Positions 37,110-48,247 are shown, counted from the stretch's first letter. The stretch is DNA of 64,000 bases from Parcubacteria group bacterium (GCA_012514175.1 JAAZAU010000009.1:32283-96282); one strand, 5' to 3'. The notes: generated from the letters alone by a model not told the origin. Numbers and translations are program-made.

Positions 37110-37706
37110 GTGTATCACAAACATCACACTAAAGGTATTATTATTTCAAACAAAATAGAAGCATCTGACAGTTGCAGGGTTTCTATTTTTACTGAGGATT
37201 TTGGTGTTATTTCTGCCAGAGCGCAAGGAGCTAGAACGTTACATAATAAATTTCGTGGGGGCGTGCAGGAGTTTTGTGTGGGAGAATTTTCTTTAGTGCG
37301 TGGTAAGACTGGTTGGCGAGTTGTTGGCACAAGGGCTGAAAAAAACTTGTTTGAAGATTTTAAACATTCTCCGGAAAAATTGAAAATTGTTTTTAATGTT
37401 CTCAACCTTATAAAAAAATTAGTGGCTGAAGATTTGCCCACACAAGCAGAAGAGAAACATAGCCTACTTTTTGATACAATTGCTAAATTCTTTGTTTTTT
37501 TACAACAAGTTAAAGAAAATGAAATAGCTTTAGCAGAATGTTTAACGTTGATGCGCGTTTTACATATCTTAGGTTATATGAGGTATGATCCGGAGTTAGC
37601 CGTCCCACTTTCGTCTTCAGAGATAGCAATGAAAGATTTGGAAACTATTGCTCCGTGTCGTTTTAAAATAGTGACACTGATAAACGAGTCACTCAGAGCG
37701 GTTTGA
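37110..37706 (+). CDS. recO: DNA repair protein RecO-like (short form)
   Basis: N-terminal OB-fold pattern (GIIISNKIEASDSCRVSIFTEDFGVISARAQGARTL..F) resembles the RecO N-terminus. 198 aa. Confidence 0.45.
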   Translation: MYHKHHTKGIIISNKIEASDSCRVSIFTEDFGVISARAQGARTLHNKFRGGVQEFCVGEFSLVRGKTGWRVVGTRAEKNLFEDFKHSPEKLKIVFNVLNLIKKLVAEDLPTQAEEKHSLLFDTIAKFFVFLQQVKENEIALAECLTLMRVLHILGYMRYDPELAVPLSSSEIAMKDLETIAPCRFKIVTLINESLRAV

Positions 37707-37743
37707 TTTTTTTAATCTAAAACTTAATGATATAATTCCTTTA

Positions 37744-39684
37744 ATGAAGTTTGATGGTCAAAAATTAGAAAAATTGGAGAAAAAACTCTATTCCAGAGAA
37801 GCGTTAGATGTTCCCGAGACCGATCGGTCAGAATTTAAAAGTGATAAAAAAGACGATTTTAATTTAAAAGAAAGTTGGCAAGATTCTCAAAAAAGCAATT
37901 TTGATGAGCTGGCTATGAAAGTTTCAAAAATGGCTCGTAATAAACACAGTTTTGTAAAGAAAATTTTTATTGCTTCAATACTGTTTTTCTTGGTGGCTGC
38001 TGGCGTAGCCGCCTTTGTGTTTTTTGGTGGTGTAAATCTTGTTTCTTCCAAAAATGTTGATATAAAAATTTTAGGACCTCTCGCCATAGGAGGTGGACAG
38101 GAAGTTTCTTTAGATATCAATGTTATTAATAGCAACAACACTGATCTCAAAGCGGTTTCTTTGTTGGTTGAATATCCAGAAGGTACCAGATCAACCACTG
38201 ATCTTTCTGATGAGTTGCATCAACAAAAATTTACATTAGGAACAATAAAATCAGGGGATAGTTGTAGTCAAAATATTCAAGCGGTATTTTTTGGTGAAAA
38301 GGACACAACTAAAGAATTGAAGATTTCTTTGGAATACAGAGTAGAGAATTCTAGCGCGTTATTTTATAAAGAAAAATTTCACGAACTCACCATTAGTTCG
38401 GCACCAATCATTATTACCCCTACTTATCCTAAAGAAGTTAATTCTGGCCAAAACTTTAATTTCAATATAGAAATTGCTTCAAATTCAAAAGACAAAATAA
38501 ACGATTTTTTGGTTAGTGTTGATTATCCGTTTGGTTTCGTTTTTGCTGGTAGCTCACTGAGTCCTTCATATGGTGATAATATTTGGAGATTTTCAAATAT
38601 AACACCAGGAGAAAAGAAAACGATATCCATAAAAGGGAGTATTATTGGTCAAGACAATGAAGAACGGGTTTTCAAAATAAATGCTGGAACAGCTGACGAA
38701 AATGATGAACGAAGAATCGCTGTTCACTTTTCAGATTTAATGGAATCAATTATGGTGAAAAAGCCTTTTATTGGGTTGAATGTTTTAATTGATGGTCAAA
38801 GAGGCAATTTGGCTGTTCGGGGAGGTAGACAGGTTTTGACTGAAGTGTTTATAGTAAATAATTTACCTACAAGGCTTTTTGATGCTAATGTTAAAGTTTC
38901 TCTTAAAGGGGAGGCTTTTGATAGACTTTCAGTGTCGCCTAGCAACAACGGATTTTTTCAATCCCTGGACAATACAATTTTTTGGGACAAAAGAGCAGTG
39001 TCTGCGTTTTCCGATATGGCTCCAGGATCTCAAGAAAAAATTTATTTTAGACTAGAACCACTTCCTCACAATAAGATATCTAGCGGAGCTAAACCAGAAA
39101 TAGAAATGGTTATAACTGCCAGCGGAGAAAGGGTGTTAGAATCTGGTTCGGTTGAAACAGTTTCTTTCTCAGAAACTAGAAAAATGGTTTTGGCTACGGA
39201 TTTAACTTTAATTTCAAAGATAGTAAGGTCTATTGGTAATATTGAAAACTCTGGTCCAATACCCCCAAAAGCGGATGTACCAACCACTTACACTGCAATT
39301 TGGGGTCTAATCAACACTTTTAATCAAATGAGCAATGTTGAAGTTAGGGCAACCTTACCTCCGTATGTTAAATGGACTGGAGTTAAAAGTCCAACAGGTG
39401 AAGCGCTCTCTTTTAATCGGGTTACCAACGAAATTGTTTGGAATGTTGGCTCTGTTTTGCCTAACACCGGTTTGGGATCTTCTCAAAAAGAAGTTCAGTT
39501 TCAATTAGAGTTTTTACCAAGCACAAGCCAATTAGGGACAACAGTATCTCTCTTAGGAGAAACAACGGTTTCTGGTTTTGATAAAGTCGCTGGTCAGAAA
39601 ATTGAGTTTAAAATTAATGGTTTAGATACTGGTTTTTACAACGATCCAAGTTTTCGTCAAAATGATGACAAAGTGGTTCAATAA
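37744..39684 (+). CDS. Membrane-anchored large extracytoplasmic protein (646 aa), function unknown
   Basis: Charged N-terminus followed by a single TM helix (IFIASILFFLVAAGVAAFVFFGG). The rest is beta-rich with S/T/N. Confidence 0.55.
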   Translation: MKFDGQKLEKLEKKLYSREALDVPETDRSEFKSDKKDDFNLKESWQDSQKSNFDELAMKVSKMARNKHSFVKKIFIASILFFLVAAGVAAFVFFGGVNLVSSKNVDIKILGPLAIGGGQEVSLDINVINSNNTDLKAVSLLVEYPEGTRSTTDLSDELHQQKFTLGTIKSGDSCSQNIQAVFFGEKDTTKELKISLEYRVENSSALFYKEKFHELTISSAPIIITPTYPKEVNSGQNFNFNIEIASNSKDKINDFLVSVDYPFGFVFAGSSLSPSYGDNIWRFSNITPGEKKTISIKGSIIGQDNEERVFKINAGTADENDERRIAVHFSDLMESIMVKKPFIGLNVLIDGQRGNLAVRGGRQVLTEVFIVNNLPTRLFDANVKVSLKGEAFDRLSVSPSNNGFFQSLDNTIFWDKRAVSAFSDMAPGSQEKIYFRLEPLPHNKISSGAKPEIEMVITASGERVLESGSVETVSFSETRKMVLATDLTLISKIVRSIGNIENSGPIPPKADVPTTYTAIWGLINTFNQMSNVEVRATLPPYVKWTGVKSPTGEALSFNRVTNEIVWNVGSVLPNTGLGSSQKEVQFQLEFLPSTSQLGTTVSLLGETTVSGFDKVAGQKIEFKINGLDTGFYNDPSFRQNDDKVVQ

Positions 39685-39764
39685 CAAATTATTCTAAAAC
39701 TTTTCTCTTGTTGTAAGAGAAGGCGAGGTGGGTTATCATGGGTTGTATGAAAGAAGAAAATAAA

Positions 39765-41147
39765 ATGGAGAAAATAACTTCTCTTTGCAAAAGAAGGGGA
39801 TTTATTTTCCAAGGTTCAGAGATTTATGGGGGACTTGGGGGTGTTTATGATTATGGTCATTATGGCACGTTGCTTAAAAATAACATAAGAGACGCTTGGC
39901 AAAAAAGTATGATCCAAGATAGAGATGATGTTTTTATTTTGGATAGCGCTATTTTTGTGCACCCAACCACCTGGGAAGCTTCTGGTCATATAGGTAATTT
40001 TGATGATCCTCTTATTGAATGTAGGAAATGCCACAACAGAATGAGAGCCGATAAAATCCTTGAAGATTTTGGAGTGGATGCCGATAAGATGCCTCTTGAT
40101 TTTATAAATGCAGAATTAGACAAACTTCGTGAATTAAAACATTTGAAGTGTAGTTCTTGTGGGCAGACCGATATCACTTCTGCTAAAAAGTTTTCTCTTA
40201 TGGTGAAATCAAATCTCGGTTCTCCAACAGATGAACTTAAAGAAGAAAATGTTGTTTATCTAAGACCAGAGACGTGTGGTGGGATTTATCTGCAATATAA
40301 AAATACCCTAGACTCGCTTCATCCGAAATTGCCTTTTGGTATTGCTCAAATAGGTAAAGCTTTCAGAAACGAAATTGCTGCTAGGCAGTTTATTTTTAGA
40401 ACTAGAGAATTTGAACAAATGGAGATGCAATATTTTATACGACAAAAAGACACCAAAAAAATGTATGATATGTGGAAAGAGATAAGAATGAATTGGTACA
40501 TAGAAAATGGTATTCCTGCTGAAAAATTAACCTGGTACAAGCATGAAAAGTTGGCCCATTATGCTTCTGAGGCTTACGATATTAAATACAATTTTGAATG
40601 TTTTGGGATTTTTGATGAGGTTGAAGGTCTTCACACAAGAGGCGATTGGGATTTAACACAACATAGTAAATTTTCTGGAGTTGATCTTTCTTATTTTGAC
40701 GAAGAAAGCAAAGAGAGATTTGTGCCACATATAATAGAAACATCAGCGGGACTCAACAGGTTGGTGCTTATGTTTCTTGATTTTGCTTATACCGAAGATG
40801 AGCTCGGTGGCGATAAACGCGTCTTTTTAAAAATACCAAAACATTTAGCTCCAGTAAAAGTAGCCGTGTTTCCGCTTTTGAAAAACAAACCAAAATTGGT
40901 TGAGAAAGCTAAGGAAATTTATAATTCCTTGAGAAAAGAATTTATGTGCGAGTTTGATGATAATGGTAATATTGGGAAAAGATATCGCAGACAAGATGAA
41001 ATCGGCACACCATATTGTGTTACTGTGGATTTTGATACCTTAGAAAAAAATGAAGGAGTAACAGTTAGAGATAGGGACACAGGAGAACAAGAAAGGGTTT
41101 CAGAAAAAGAATTAGTTGAATATTTGAAAGAAAGAATTTTTAAATAG
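39765..41147 (+). CDS. glyQS: Glycyl-tRNA synthetase (alpha2 dimeric type)
   Basis: The N-terminal RRGFIFQGSEIYGGLGGVYDYGHYG block and class II motifs (FRNE, GLNRLVLMFLD) are characteristic of GlyRS. The ORF-track start (39738) is probably 9 codons too early. Confidence 0.85.
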   Translation: MEKITSLCKRRGFIFQGSEIYGGLGGVYDYGHYGTLLKNNIRDAWQKSMIQDRDDVFILDSAIFVHPTTWEASGHIGNFDDPLIECRKCHNRMRADKILEDFGVDADKMPLDFINAELDKLRELKHLKCSSCGQTDITSAKKFSLMVKSNLGSPTDELKEENVVYLRPETCGGIYLQYKNTLDSLHPKLPFGIAQIGKAFRNEIAARQFIFRTREFEQMEMQYFIRQKDTKKMYDMWKEIRMNWYIENGIPAEKLTWYKHEKLAHYASEAYDIKYNFECFGIFDEVEGLHTRGDWDLTQHSKFSGVDLSYFDEESKERFVPHIIETSAGLNRLVLMFLDFAYTEDELGGDKRVFLKIPKHLAPVKVAVFPLLKNKPKLVEKAKEIYNSLRKEFMCEFDDNGNIGKRYRRQDEIGTPYCVTVDFDTLEKNEGVTVRDRDTGEQERVSEKELVEYLKERIFK

Positions 41148-41198
41148 TTCTCCTCTTTTTTACTTTCTACTTTTTCTTTTTTAATTTATACTTGTTAT

Positions 41199-42293
41199 AT
41201 GGCTATTCGTCGCTCAAGTGAAAAAATGATCCAGATAAGCACTGGGACAATAATAAAAGCTCTTCTGGTTATTTTAATTTTTGGGGCAATTTATTATTTG
41301 AGAGATATCGCTTTGGTGGTAGTGCTTTCTATTGTTATTGCCTCAGCGGTAGAGCCAGGTACACAATGGTTTTTGCGACGCAAAGTGCCAAGAGTCTTAG
41401 CGGTTCTTCTTATTTATTCTATTGTTATTTTGATTTTGGTTGGCGCGTTTTATTTTCTCTTTTTGCCTATTTTAAATCAATCGTCTTCTTTGCTGTCATC
41501 TCTGCCAGGGTATCTTGGTGAACTCCAAGTTTGGAATCCTTTACAAAATAGTTCTTTCTTTTCATCCAATCCTACAATTCAAGGATTTTCTGAAACATTT
41601 TCACTTTCTCAAATTGTAGAACAGATAAATTCTGCTATCTCAAGTTATTCTGAAGGTTTTTTCTCAACAGCCAGCACTATTTTTGGAGGTATTCTAAGTT
41701 TTATTTTGGTTATTGTTTTGTCTTTTTATTTATCAGTAGAGCCTGAGGGGATTTCTGGTTTTCTACGCATTATCACTCCCGCCAAAAACGAAGAGTATGT
41801 GTTAAGTCTCTGGAAAAGATCTCAACGAAAAATTGGTCTCTGGATGCAAGGACAAATTGTGTTGGTGGTAATTGTGAGTATGCTTGTCTTTTTGGGTTTA
41901 ACTTTGTTACGTGTTGAAAACGCTCTTATTTTAGCGATGCTTGCTGGTGCGTTTGAAATCATTCCTATTTTTGGACCTATTCTCGCCGCTATTCCGGCTG
42001 TAATTTTAGCTTTAGTGTCTGATGGTATGACTAGCGCTATTTTAGTTATTGGTCTTTATATCATAATTCAACAATTTGAAAATCAGCTTATTTATCCATT
42101 AGTGGTTAGAAAAATTGTCGGAGTTCCGCCACTGGTTTCCATTTTAGCTCTTATTATTGGAGCTAAACTTGCTGGTTTTGTGGGGGTTTTGATTTCAGTT
42201 CCGCTCGCAGCTATGCTCATGGAATTTTTGAATGATATTGAGAAAGATAAAATTGCGGAAGTGGAGCGCTTGAAAATTGCTAAGCAAAAATGA
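41199..42293 (+). CDS. AI-2E family transporter (PerM/YhhT-like, UPF0118)
   Basis: Eight TM segments and the conserved ...FEIIPIFGPILAAIPAVILALV... block. Confidence 0.6.
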   Translation: MAIRRSSEKMIQISTGTIIKALLVILIFGAIYYLRDIALVVVLSIVIASAVEPGTQWFLRRKVPRVLAVLLIYSIVILILVGAFYFLFLPILNQSSSLLSSLPGYLGELQVWNPLQNSSFFSSNPTIQGFSETFSLSQIVEQINSAISSYSEGFFSTASTIFGGILSFILVIVLSFYLSVEPEGISGFLRIITPAKNEEYVLSLWKRSQRKIGLWMQGQIVLVVIVSMLVFLGLTLLRVENALILAMLAGAFEIIPIFGPILAAIPAVILALVSDGMTSAILVIGLYIIIQQFENQLIYPLVVRKIVGVPPLVSILALIIGAKLAGFVGVLISVPLAAMLMEFLNDIEKDKIAEVERLKIAKQK

Positions 42294-42308
42294 TATCCTT
42301 CTTTTGTT

Positions 42309-43745
42309 GTGTCTAAAACATTTTATATAACTACAACTTTGCCTTATGTAAATGCCGATCCGCATGTTGGTTTCGCTATGGAGATTATTAGGGCTGATGT
42401 TATTGCGCGAACCAAAAAGATTCAAGGTTTTGAAGTATTTTTCAATACTGGCACCGACGAGCACGGAGCTAAGATTTATGAAAAAGCTAAAGAACTCGGT
42501 AAAGATCCTCAAGATTTTGTGAATGAACTAGCGGAAAAGTTTCGAGGTCTCATCTCTTTGCTTCAAATTTCTCCAGACATTCATTTTATTAGAACAACAG
42601 ACGAAGCTCACAAAAAAACAGCTCAAAAATTTTGGAGAGTTTGTAACCAAAATGGTTATATTTATAAGAAAGCTTACAAAATAAAATATTGTGTGGGTTG
42701 TGAGCTTGAAAAAACAGATTCTGAATTGGTAGATGGTAAATGCCCAATACATCCCAACAGAGAAATTGAATTCATTGATGAAGAAAATTATTTTTTTAAA
42801 TTCTCTGCTTTTCAAAAACCACTTTTAGATTTTTATAAAAAACAACCGAATTTTGTAGTGCCAGATTTTCGTTTTAACGAAATCAAAGCTTTTGTTGAAA
42901 GGGGATTAGAAGACTTTTCTATTTCTCGTGTTAAATCTAAAATGCCTTGGGGTATACCTGTGCCAAACGATGAAGATCAGGTAATGTATGTTTGGTTTGA
43001 CGCTTTAGTCAATTATATTTCAACTTTGGGTTGGCCTGATAATAAAGACACTTTTAAAAGGTTTTGGATAGAAGGTAGCCCGGTTCAGTATTGTGGTAAA
43101 GATAATTTGCGTATGCAGTCTGCTATGTGGCAAGCGATGCTTTTAGCTGCTGGTTTACCTAATTCACATCAAATAGTGATAGACGGATTTTTTACCGGTG
43201 AAGGTGGTGTGAAAATGTCTAAATCTCTTGGTAATACCGTTGATCCTTATGCAGTGGTTCAAAATTTAGGCGCTGAAGCTTTAAGATATTTTGTTTGTGC
43301 GGAAGCTTCAATGTTTGAGGACAGTCCAGTTTCTATGGGTTTAATAAAATCTGCTTATAATGCTAAGTTGGCTAATGGTTTGGGCAATCTGACTTCGCGC
43401 ATAATGAAGATGGCACAAGACCATCTCGCACTTCCAATTACTTCTCTGTCTGATGATATACCAGAACAATTTTTTGCCGAGTTGGAAAAATTTGAAATTG
43501 GAAAAGCTTGCGATTTGATTTGGAAAGAAATTGGAGATATGGACAAGTTTATCCAAGAAGCTCAGCCTTTTAAAGTAGTCAAGACAGACAAAGAAAAGGG
43601 TCAAGAAATGATTTCAAATTTAGTCAAAAGGTTATATTCGGTTGCAATAATGCTTGGTCCAATACTTCCAGAAACTTCGGAAAAAATAAAAGAACTTGTT
43701 AAAACAAACAAAACCCCCGAAAAACCTTTGTTTGAGAGAAAATAA
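42309..43745 (+). CDS. metG: Methionyl-tRNA synthetase (short form without C-terminal tRNA-binding domain)
   Basis: The N-terminal TTLPYVNADPHVGFA block (HIGH-region variant), a Zn knuckle CVGC...CPIH, KMSKSLGN, and an anticodon-binding helical domain. Confidence 0.8.
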   Translation: MSKTFYITTTLPYVNADPHVGFAMEIIRADVIARTKKIQGFEVFFNTGTDEHGAKIYEKAKELGKDPQDFVNELAEKFRGLISLLQISPDIHFIRTTDEAHKKTAQKFWRVCNQNGYIYKKAYKIKYCVGCELEKTDSELVDGKCPIHPNREIEFIDEENYFFKFSAFQKPLLDFYKKQPNFVVPDFRFNEIKAFVERGLEDFSISRVKSKMPWGIPVPNDEDQVMYVWFDALVNYISTLGWPDNKDTFKRFWIEGSPVQYCGKDNLRMQSAMWQAMLLAAGLPNSHQIVIDGFFTGEGGVKMSKSLGNTVDPYAVVQNLGAEALRYFVCAEASMFEDSPVSMGLIKSAYNAKLANGLGNLTSRIMKMAQDHLALPITSLSDDIPEQFFAELEKFEIGKACDLIWKEIGDMDKFIQEAQPFKVVKTDKEKGQEMISNLVKRLYSVAIMLGPILPETSEKIKELVKTNKTPEKPLFERK

Positions 43746-43824
43746 GTTATTGATAATTATTTGTATTGTGTTTTCTTCATCTTTTTTAAAATGGAGGGTT
43801 GGAGGATTGTGGTAAACTAAAGAG

Positions 43825-44643
43825 ATGAAATATATAGATATACACTGTCATTTAGATCGCGAAGATTATGGCACAGATTTTGAAGAAGTTTTAGCGCGAA
43901 TGAAAGAAAAAAGGATTGGAGCCATAGCGATTGGCGCAGATTTTCCAAGTTCAAAAAAAGCGGTAGCAATTGCAGAGCAAAATGAAAATATTTGGGCTTG
44001 TATTGGTATACACCCGGGATATGTTTCCGAAGCTTTTCCTTTGGCTGCAAGGGTTGAAGATGAGTTGTTGGGATTAGAAGAATTAATAAAATCTCCAAAA
44101 GTTGTTGGTGTTGGTGAATGTGGTTTGGATTGGTTTAGGTTAGATCTAGCTTCCGCTAAAACTGTAGCAAACAAACAAAAAGAATTGTTTGAGAAACAAA
44201 TAGAGTTTGCCATCAAACACAACAAACCTTTAATGCTTCATATTAGGGCGACTCAAAATAGTTTTGATGCTTATAAAGATGTTTTGGAAATTTTGAATCA
44301 TTACAAAAAAGAAGCAGGGGGTAAATTGCGAGGCAACGTTCACTTTTTTGCCGGAGATGTTGAGATAGCTAAAAAATTTTTGGATTTAAATTTTACACTT
44401 TCTTTCGCTGGAGTTATTACTTTTATTCGCGATTATGATGAAGTTATAAAATATGTTCCTCAAGAAAGACTTATGTCTGAAACAGACGCCCCCTTTGTTG
44501 CTCCAGTGCCTTTTCGGGGACAACGTAATGAGCCTAGTTTTGTGATTGAAATTATCAAAAAGCTGGCTGAAATTCGTGGCGAAGATTTTGATTCTCTAAA
44601 TAGTGCCATTTTAGCAAACGCTAAGAGGGTTTTTGGTATTTAA
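43825..44643 (+). CDS. tatD: TatD-family metal-dependent deoxyribonuclease
   Basis: N-terminal IDIHCHLD motif. 272 aa, TIM-barrel hydrolase pattern. Confidence 0.8.
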   Translation: MKYIDIHCHLDREDYGTDFEEVLARMKEKRIGAIAIGADFPSSKKAVAIAEQNENIWACIGIHPGYVSEAFPLAARVEDELLGLEELIKSPKVVGVGECGLDWFRLDLASAKTVANKQKELFEKQIEFAIKHNKPLMLHIRATQNSFDAYKDVLEILNHYKKEAGGKLRGNVHFFAGDVEIAKKFLDLNFTLSFAGVITFIRDYDEVIKYVPQERLMSETDAPFVAPVPFRGQRNEPSFVIEIIKKLAEIRGEDFDSLNSAILANAKRVFGI

Positions 44644-44649
44644 AAAGCA

Positions 44650-44681
44650 AACCTTCAAATTGTTTTGAAGGTTGTTTTTTC
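44650..44681 (+). terminator. Rho-independent terminator after tatD
   Basis: AACCTTCAAA ttgt TTTGAAGGTT hairpin + TTTTTT. Confidence 0.6.
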
Positions 44682-44779
44682 TAGGTATTATGTTAGAGTG
44701 TTTTCAGTTCAAATCAGAAGTGTCTTTATTATAACTGCTTCTATCCGCCCGAAGCGGACCCATTTGAACGATAATAATT

Positions 44780-45286
44780 ATGAAAGAAAAAGAAGACAAT
44801 TTAGATGAAATTCAGGTCTATGAAGTTGGTTTTCACATTTTACCAACGGTGCCTGAAGAGAAAGTCCAAGAAGAGCTTTCTTTAATTGAAGATGTTATTT
44901 CTAAAAATGGTGGCTCTATTATAGCTCAAGATTTTCCTAAAATGAGAACTTTGGCTTACGATGTTGCAAAAACGGTAGACACTAAACGTTTAAGTTTTAA
45001 TAAAGCTTATTTCGGTTGGATTAAGTTTGAGATTGGAAAGGAAAATATTGCTAAAATCAAAAACGCTTTAGATACCAATCTAAACATTTTGCGATTTATT
45101 ATAATCAAGACTGTTAGAGAAAACACCTTACACATTCCGAAAGCTTCAATGATTTCTAAAAATGCTCCAGAAGAATTAAAAGTTTCTAGAACTGAAGATG
45201 ACTTTGAAGAAAAGATTGAAATTTCAGAAGAGGAGATTGATAAGAGTATTGATGAGCTTTTAGTTGATGAAGAAGTTGAAAGTTAA
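44780..45286 (+). CDS. rpsF: 30S ribosomal protein S6 with acidic C-terminal extension
   Basis: YEVGFHILP...GG.I....F.KMRTLAYDVAK pattern. Position in the conserved rpsF-ssb-rpsR arrangement. Confidence 0.65.
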   Translation: MKEKEDNLDEIQVYEVGFHILPTVPEEKVQEELSLIEDVISKNGGSIIAQDFPKMRTLAYDVAKTVDTKRLSFNKAYFGWIKFEIGKENIAKIKNALDTNLNILRFIIIKTVRENTLHIPKASMISKNAPEELKVSRTEDDFEEKIEISEEEIDKSIDELLVDEEVES

Positions 45287-45319
45287 ATATTACAAAATTA
45301 AAAATTAATAATTTTTATT

Positions 45320-45766
45320 ATGTATATCAATAAAGCTATCATCTACGGTAACCTTACCAGAGATCCAGAACTTAAATCTTTACCATCAGGTTCACAAGTT
45401 TGTGAATTTGCTGTGGCCACCAATCGTGTTTGGAAAGATAAAAACGGCATCAAACAAGAATCAGTTGAATACCACAACATTGTCGTTTTTGGGAAACAGG
45501 CTGAAATTGTCAAACAATATATGCGCAAAGGTAGTGGTCTTTTGGTGGAAGGCAGGATTCAAACTAGAAGTTGGGATGCACAGGATGGCACCAAGAGATA
45601 CAGAACTGAAATTGTTGCCGATAGGATACAATTTGGTCCAAGAAGTGGGGGAGCTAGTTCTTACGAACAAAACACTTCCACTGAAAAGCCACAAAACAAA
45701 GACGAAGAGGCGCCAGCCATTGAATATCCCGAAGAGGAGATTAGCTCTGAAGATATACCATTTTAA
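45320..45766 (+). CDS. ssb: Single-stranded DNA-binding protein
   Basis: OB-fold N-terminus (NKAIIYGNLTRDPELK...), a Gly/acidic tail, and a C-terminal DIPF. Confidence 0.85.
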   Translation: MYINKAIIYGNLTRDPELKSLPSGSQVCEFAVATNRVWKDKNGIKQESVEYHNIVVFGKQAEIVKQYMRKGSGLLVEGRIQTRSWDAQDGTKRYRTEIVADRIQFGPRSGGASSYEQNTSTEKPQNKDEEAPAIEYPEEEISSEDIPF

Positions 45767-45778
45767 TCTAATAAAATT

Positions 45779-45988
45779 ATGTCAAACAAACAAAATTGTT
45801 ATTTCAAACAAAACGGAATCAAATATGTAGATTACAAGGATGTGGAACTTTTAAAAAAGTTTACCAACCCCCACGCTCGTATTCTTAGTAAAAAAAGAAC
45901 AGGTGTTTCTACTGAATATCAAAAAAAACTGGCTCTCGCTATTAAGCGTGCCCGTTTTATGGCTCTTATGCCTTATTTAAGCAGATAA
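45779..45988 (+). CDS. rpsR: 30S ribosomal protein S18
   Basis: YKDVELLKKFTNPHARILSKKRTGVSTEYQKKLALAIKRARFMALMPY matches the S18 family. Confidence 0.85.
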   Translation: MSNKQNCYFKQNGIKYVDYKDVELLKKFTNPHARILSKKRTGVSTEYQKKLALAIKRARFMALMPYLSR

Positions 45989-46016
45989 TAAATATTAAAA
46001 CTTTTCGTTATAAGTT

Positions 46017-46577
46017 TTAAACTCTAGAAACATATTCACCAGTTTGAGTATTAACAACAATGGTGTCACCCTCATTTATAAAAAGGGGAGCATTAACTGA
46101 AGCGCCAGTCTCTACTTTGACAACTTTGTTGCCTCCTTGAGCGGTATTACCTTTAATAGCAGGAGGAGCTTCAACCACTTTGAGTTCTAATTTAATAGGA
46201 ATCTGAACACCAATAATTTTTTCATCAAAAATCATTGCTTTAGCGATGGTATTCTCTTTCAAAAATTTCGCACCATAACCGATTTGCTCTTCTTTTAAGG
46301 GAAATCTTTTCGCAGGATTGCCGTCCTCATGGAACCAATATTCACCTTTGGCTTCATAAATAAATTTGATGTCTTGAAATTCCAATTCTGCCTCTTCAAC
46401 TTTTTCAGATGCATGAAAAGAAGTTTCGGTGACTCTGCCAGTGATTAGGTTGCGAAGTTTAGTGGCATTAAGGGGTTTTCTTTGCTGTTTACGAAAAACA
46501 TGAGAAGCTAAAACTTCCCAAGGTTCATCATCAAATATAATAAACTTTCCGACTGTAATTTCATTGTATTCTAACAT
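46017..46577 (-). CDS. efp: Translation elongation factor P
   Basis: 186 aa. KOW-like N-terminal domain and the conserved loop region. Typical EF-P length and pattern. Confidence 0.8.
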   Translation of the reverse strand: MLEYNEITVGKFIIFDDEPWEVLASHVFRKQQRKPLNATKLRNLITGRVTETSFHASEKVEEAELEFQDIKFIYEAKGEYWFHEDGNPAKRFPLKEEQIGYGAKFLKENTIAKAMIFDEKIIGVQIPIKLELKVVEAPPAIKGNTAQGGNKVVKVETGASVNAPLFINEGDTIVVNTQTGEYVSRV

Positions 46578-46705
46578 TTGATCAATTTAGGCTATAAAAA
46601 TGAGTAAAATAAAAACGCCGAAGCTAATCATATTGTAGCTCATATTAAGCATTTAATCAAGATTTGAAATCCTAATTGTTTTTAGAGAATCAATAGGTTG
46701 GGGGA

Positions 46706-47821
46706 TTATTCTGGATTCTCATCGGGTTCTGGCTTTTCTTTTTCAGAGACTGGGACAGTGGAACCATTATTTTCCAGAAGCTTTTTACGGATTTGTTTGA
46801 GGATTTCTTCAGATATTTTTTTATTTTCTTTGGCTTTCAAAAATTGGCGAGTAGCATCATAACCACGACCAAGTTTTATTTCTCCATAACTATAAGAAGT
46901 GCCTGATTTTTGAACGATGCCCATTTTTTCACCCAGAGCTATGAGTTCACCTTCTTTGGAAATGCCTTCGTTGTACATAAGATCAAATTCGGTTTGTTTG
47001 AACGGGGCGGCGACTTTATTTTTAACAACTTTAACTCTTACTCTACCTCCCATTACTTCATCGCCTTTTTTAATTTGAGCGATTCTTCTAATGTCTAATC
47101 TGACGCTAGTATAAAACTTTAAAGCTTTACCACCTGGAGTGGTCTCTGGATTGCCGAACATCACACCGATTTGCATTCTGATTTGATTTATAAAAATAAC
47201 CACAGTTTTTGATTTGGAGACAATTGCAGTGAGTTTTCTCAAAGCTTGAGACATAAGTCTGGCTTGTTTTCCGACGTGATAAGCTCCCATATCGCCCTCA
47301 ATTTCATCTTTGGGGGTTAGGGCGGCAACTGAATCTATAACAATAACATCAAGTTTGCCGGAACGGACGAGGGAATCTACTATATCAAGTGCTTGTTCAC
47401 CATTGTCTGGCTGAGAAATAAGTAGTTCTTCTATTTTTACCCCTATTCTTTTAGAATATTCTGGATCCATGGCGTGTTCGGCGTCAATAAAAGCGCAAAT
47501 ACCCCCCATCTTTTGAGCTTCAGCTATTATGTGTAAAGAAAGGGTGGTTTTACCCGACGACTCTGGACCAAATATTTCTATGATCCTACCTCTAGGCACA
47601 CCACCGACACCTAGCGCCGCATCAAGTCCGATAGAGCCGGTCGGTATTACGTTGACATCGGTGTGCGGTTTATCACCAAGCATCATAATAGAGTCGTCTC
47701 CGAATTTAGTTTTTATTTCTCTGATAGCGTCTTGCACCTGAGAGATACCTTTTTGGGAATTATCACTTTCTTGTTTTTTCTTGCTTTTTTGTTTTGCGGA
47801 CTTGGTTTCTTTTTTTGCCAT
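46706..47821 (-). CDS. recA: Recombinase RecA
   Basis: Walker [11 protein letters not shown] and an L2-loop region. 371 aa with a charged N-terminus. Confidence 0.9.
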   Translation of the reverse strand: MAKKETKSAKQKSKKKQESDNSQKGISQVQDAIREIKTKFGDDSIMMLGDKPHTDVNVIPTGSIGLDAALGVGGVPRGRIIEIFGPESSGKTTLSLHIIAEAQKMGGICAFIDAEHAMDPEYSKRIGVKIEELLISQPDNGEQALDIVDSLVRSGKLDVIVIDSVAALTPKDEIEGDMGAYHVGKQARLMSQALRKLTAIVSKSKTVVIFINQIRMQIGVMFGNPETTPGGKALKFYTSVRLDIRRIAQIKKGDEVMGGRVRVKVVKNKVAAPFKQTEFDLMYNEGISKEGELIALGEKMGIVQKSGTSYSYGEIKLGRGYDATRQFLKAKENKKISEEILKQIRKKLLENNGSTVPVSEKEKPEPDENPE

Positions 47822-47824
47822 AGT

Positions 47825-48247
47825 TTATGAATTATTAGGAGTAGTGCTACTCTGTTTTGTCTCTGTAAGCACAGTATTTTGTTTATAATATATTTTTACA
47901 ACTTTTTTGGTTTCTTGTTTGAATCTGTCTTTCCCTTTAATTTCAATAGTGTTGGAACCAGGGGAGAGTAACAACTTTTCTTGAAATACCCCTTCTGTAT
48001 CTATTGAAATAGGTTTTTCGTTTAAACTTATGAAAGCGATATTTTTAGTTTTTCCACTTATAGTCAGCACGTTGCTATCCGTTTCTATTGTGTGTTTAGT
48101 TGGGCTAAATATTTCTATAGTTGGACCAATAAGCAAATCTCTGGCATTAAATAAACCATAAGAAACTAGCATTATCACCGAAAGGATAATGACAAAACGT
48201 TTTATATTAAAACCTCTTTCAAATTTATATTGATCCATCTTCTTCAT
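47825..48247 (-). CDS. Hypothetical membrane-anchored protein (140 aa)
   Basis: N-terminal TM helix (FVIILSVIMLVSYGLF). Confidence 0.45.
   Translation of the reverse strand: MKKMDQYKFERGFNIKRFVIILSVIMLVSYGLFNARDLLIGPTIEIFSPTKHTIETDSNVLTISGKTKNIAFISLNEKPISIDTEGVFQEKLLLSPGSNTIEIKGKDRFKQETKKVVKIYYKQNTVLTETKQSSTTPNNS

Noticed and set aside
45989-46016. Possible terminator between rpsR and efp (AAACTTTTCGTTATAAGTTTT)
   Set aside because: The stem is AT-only and short. Too weak to call.
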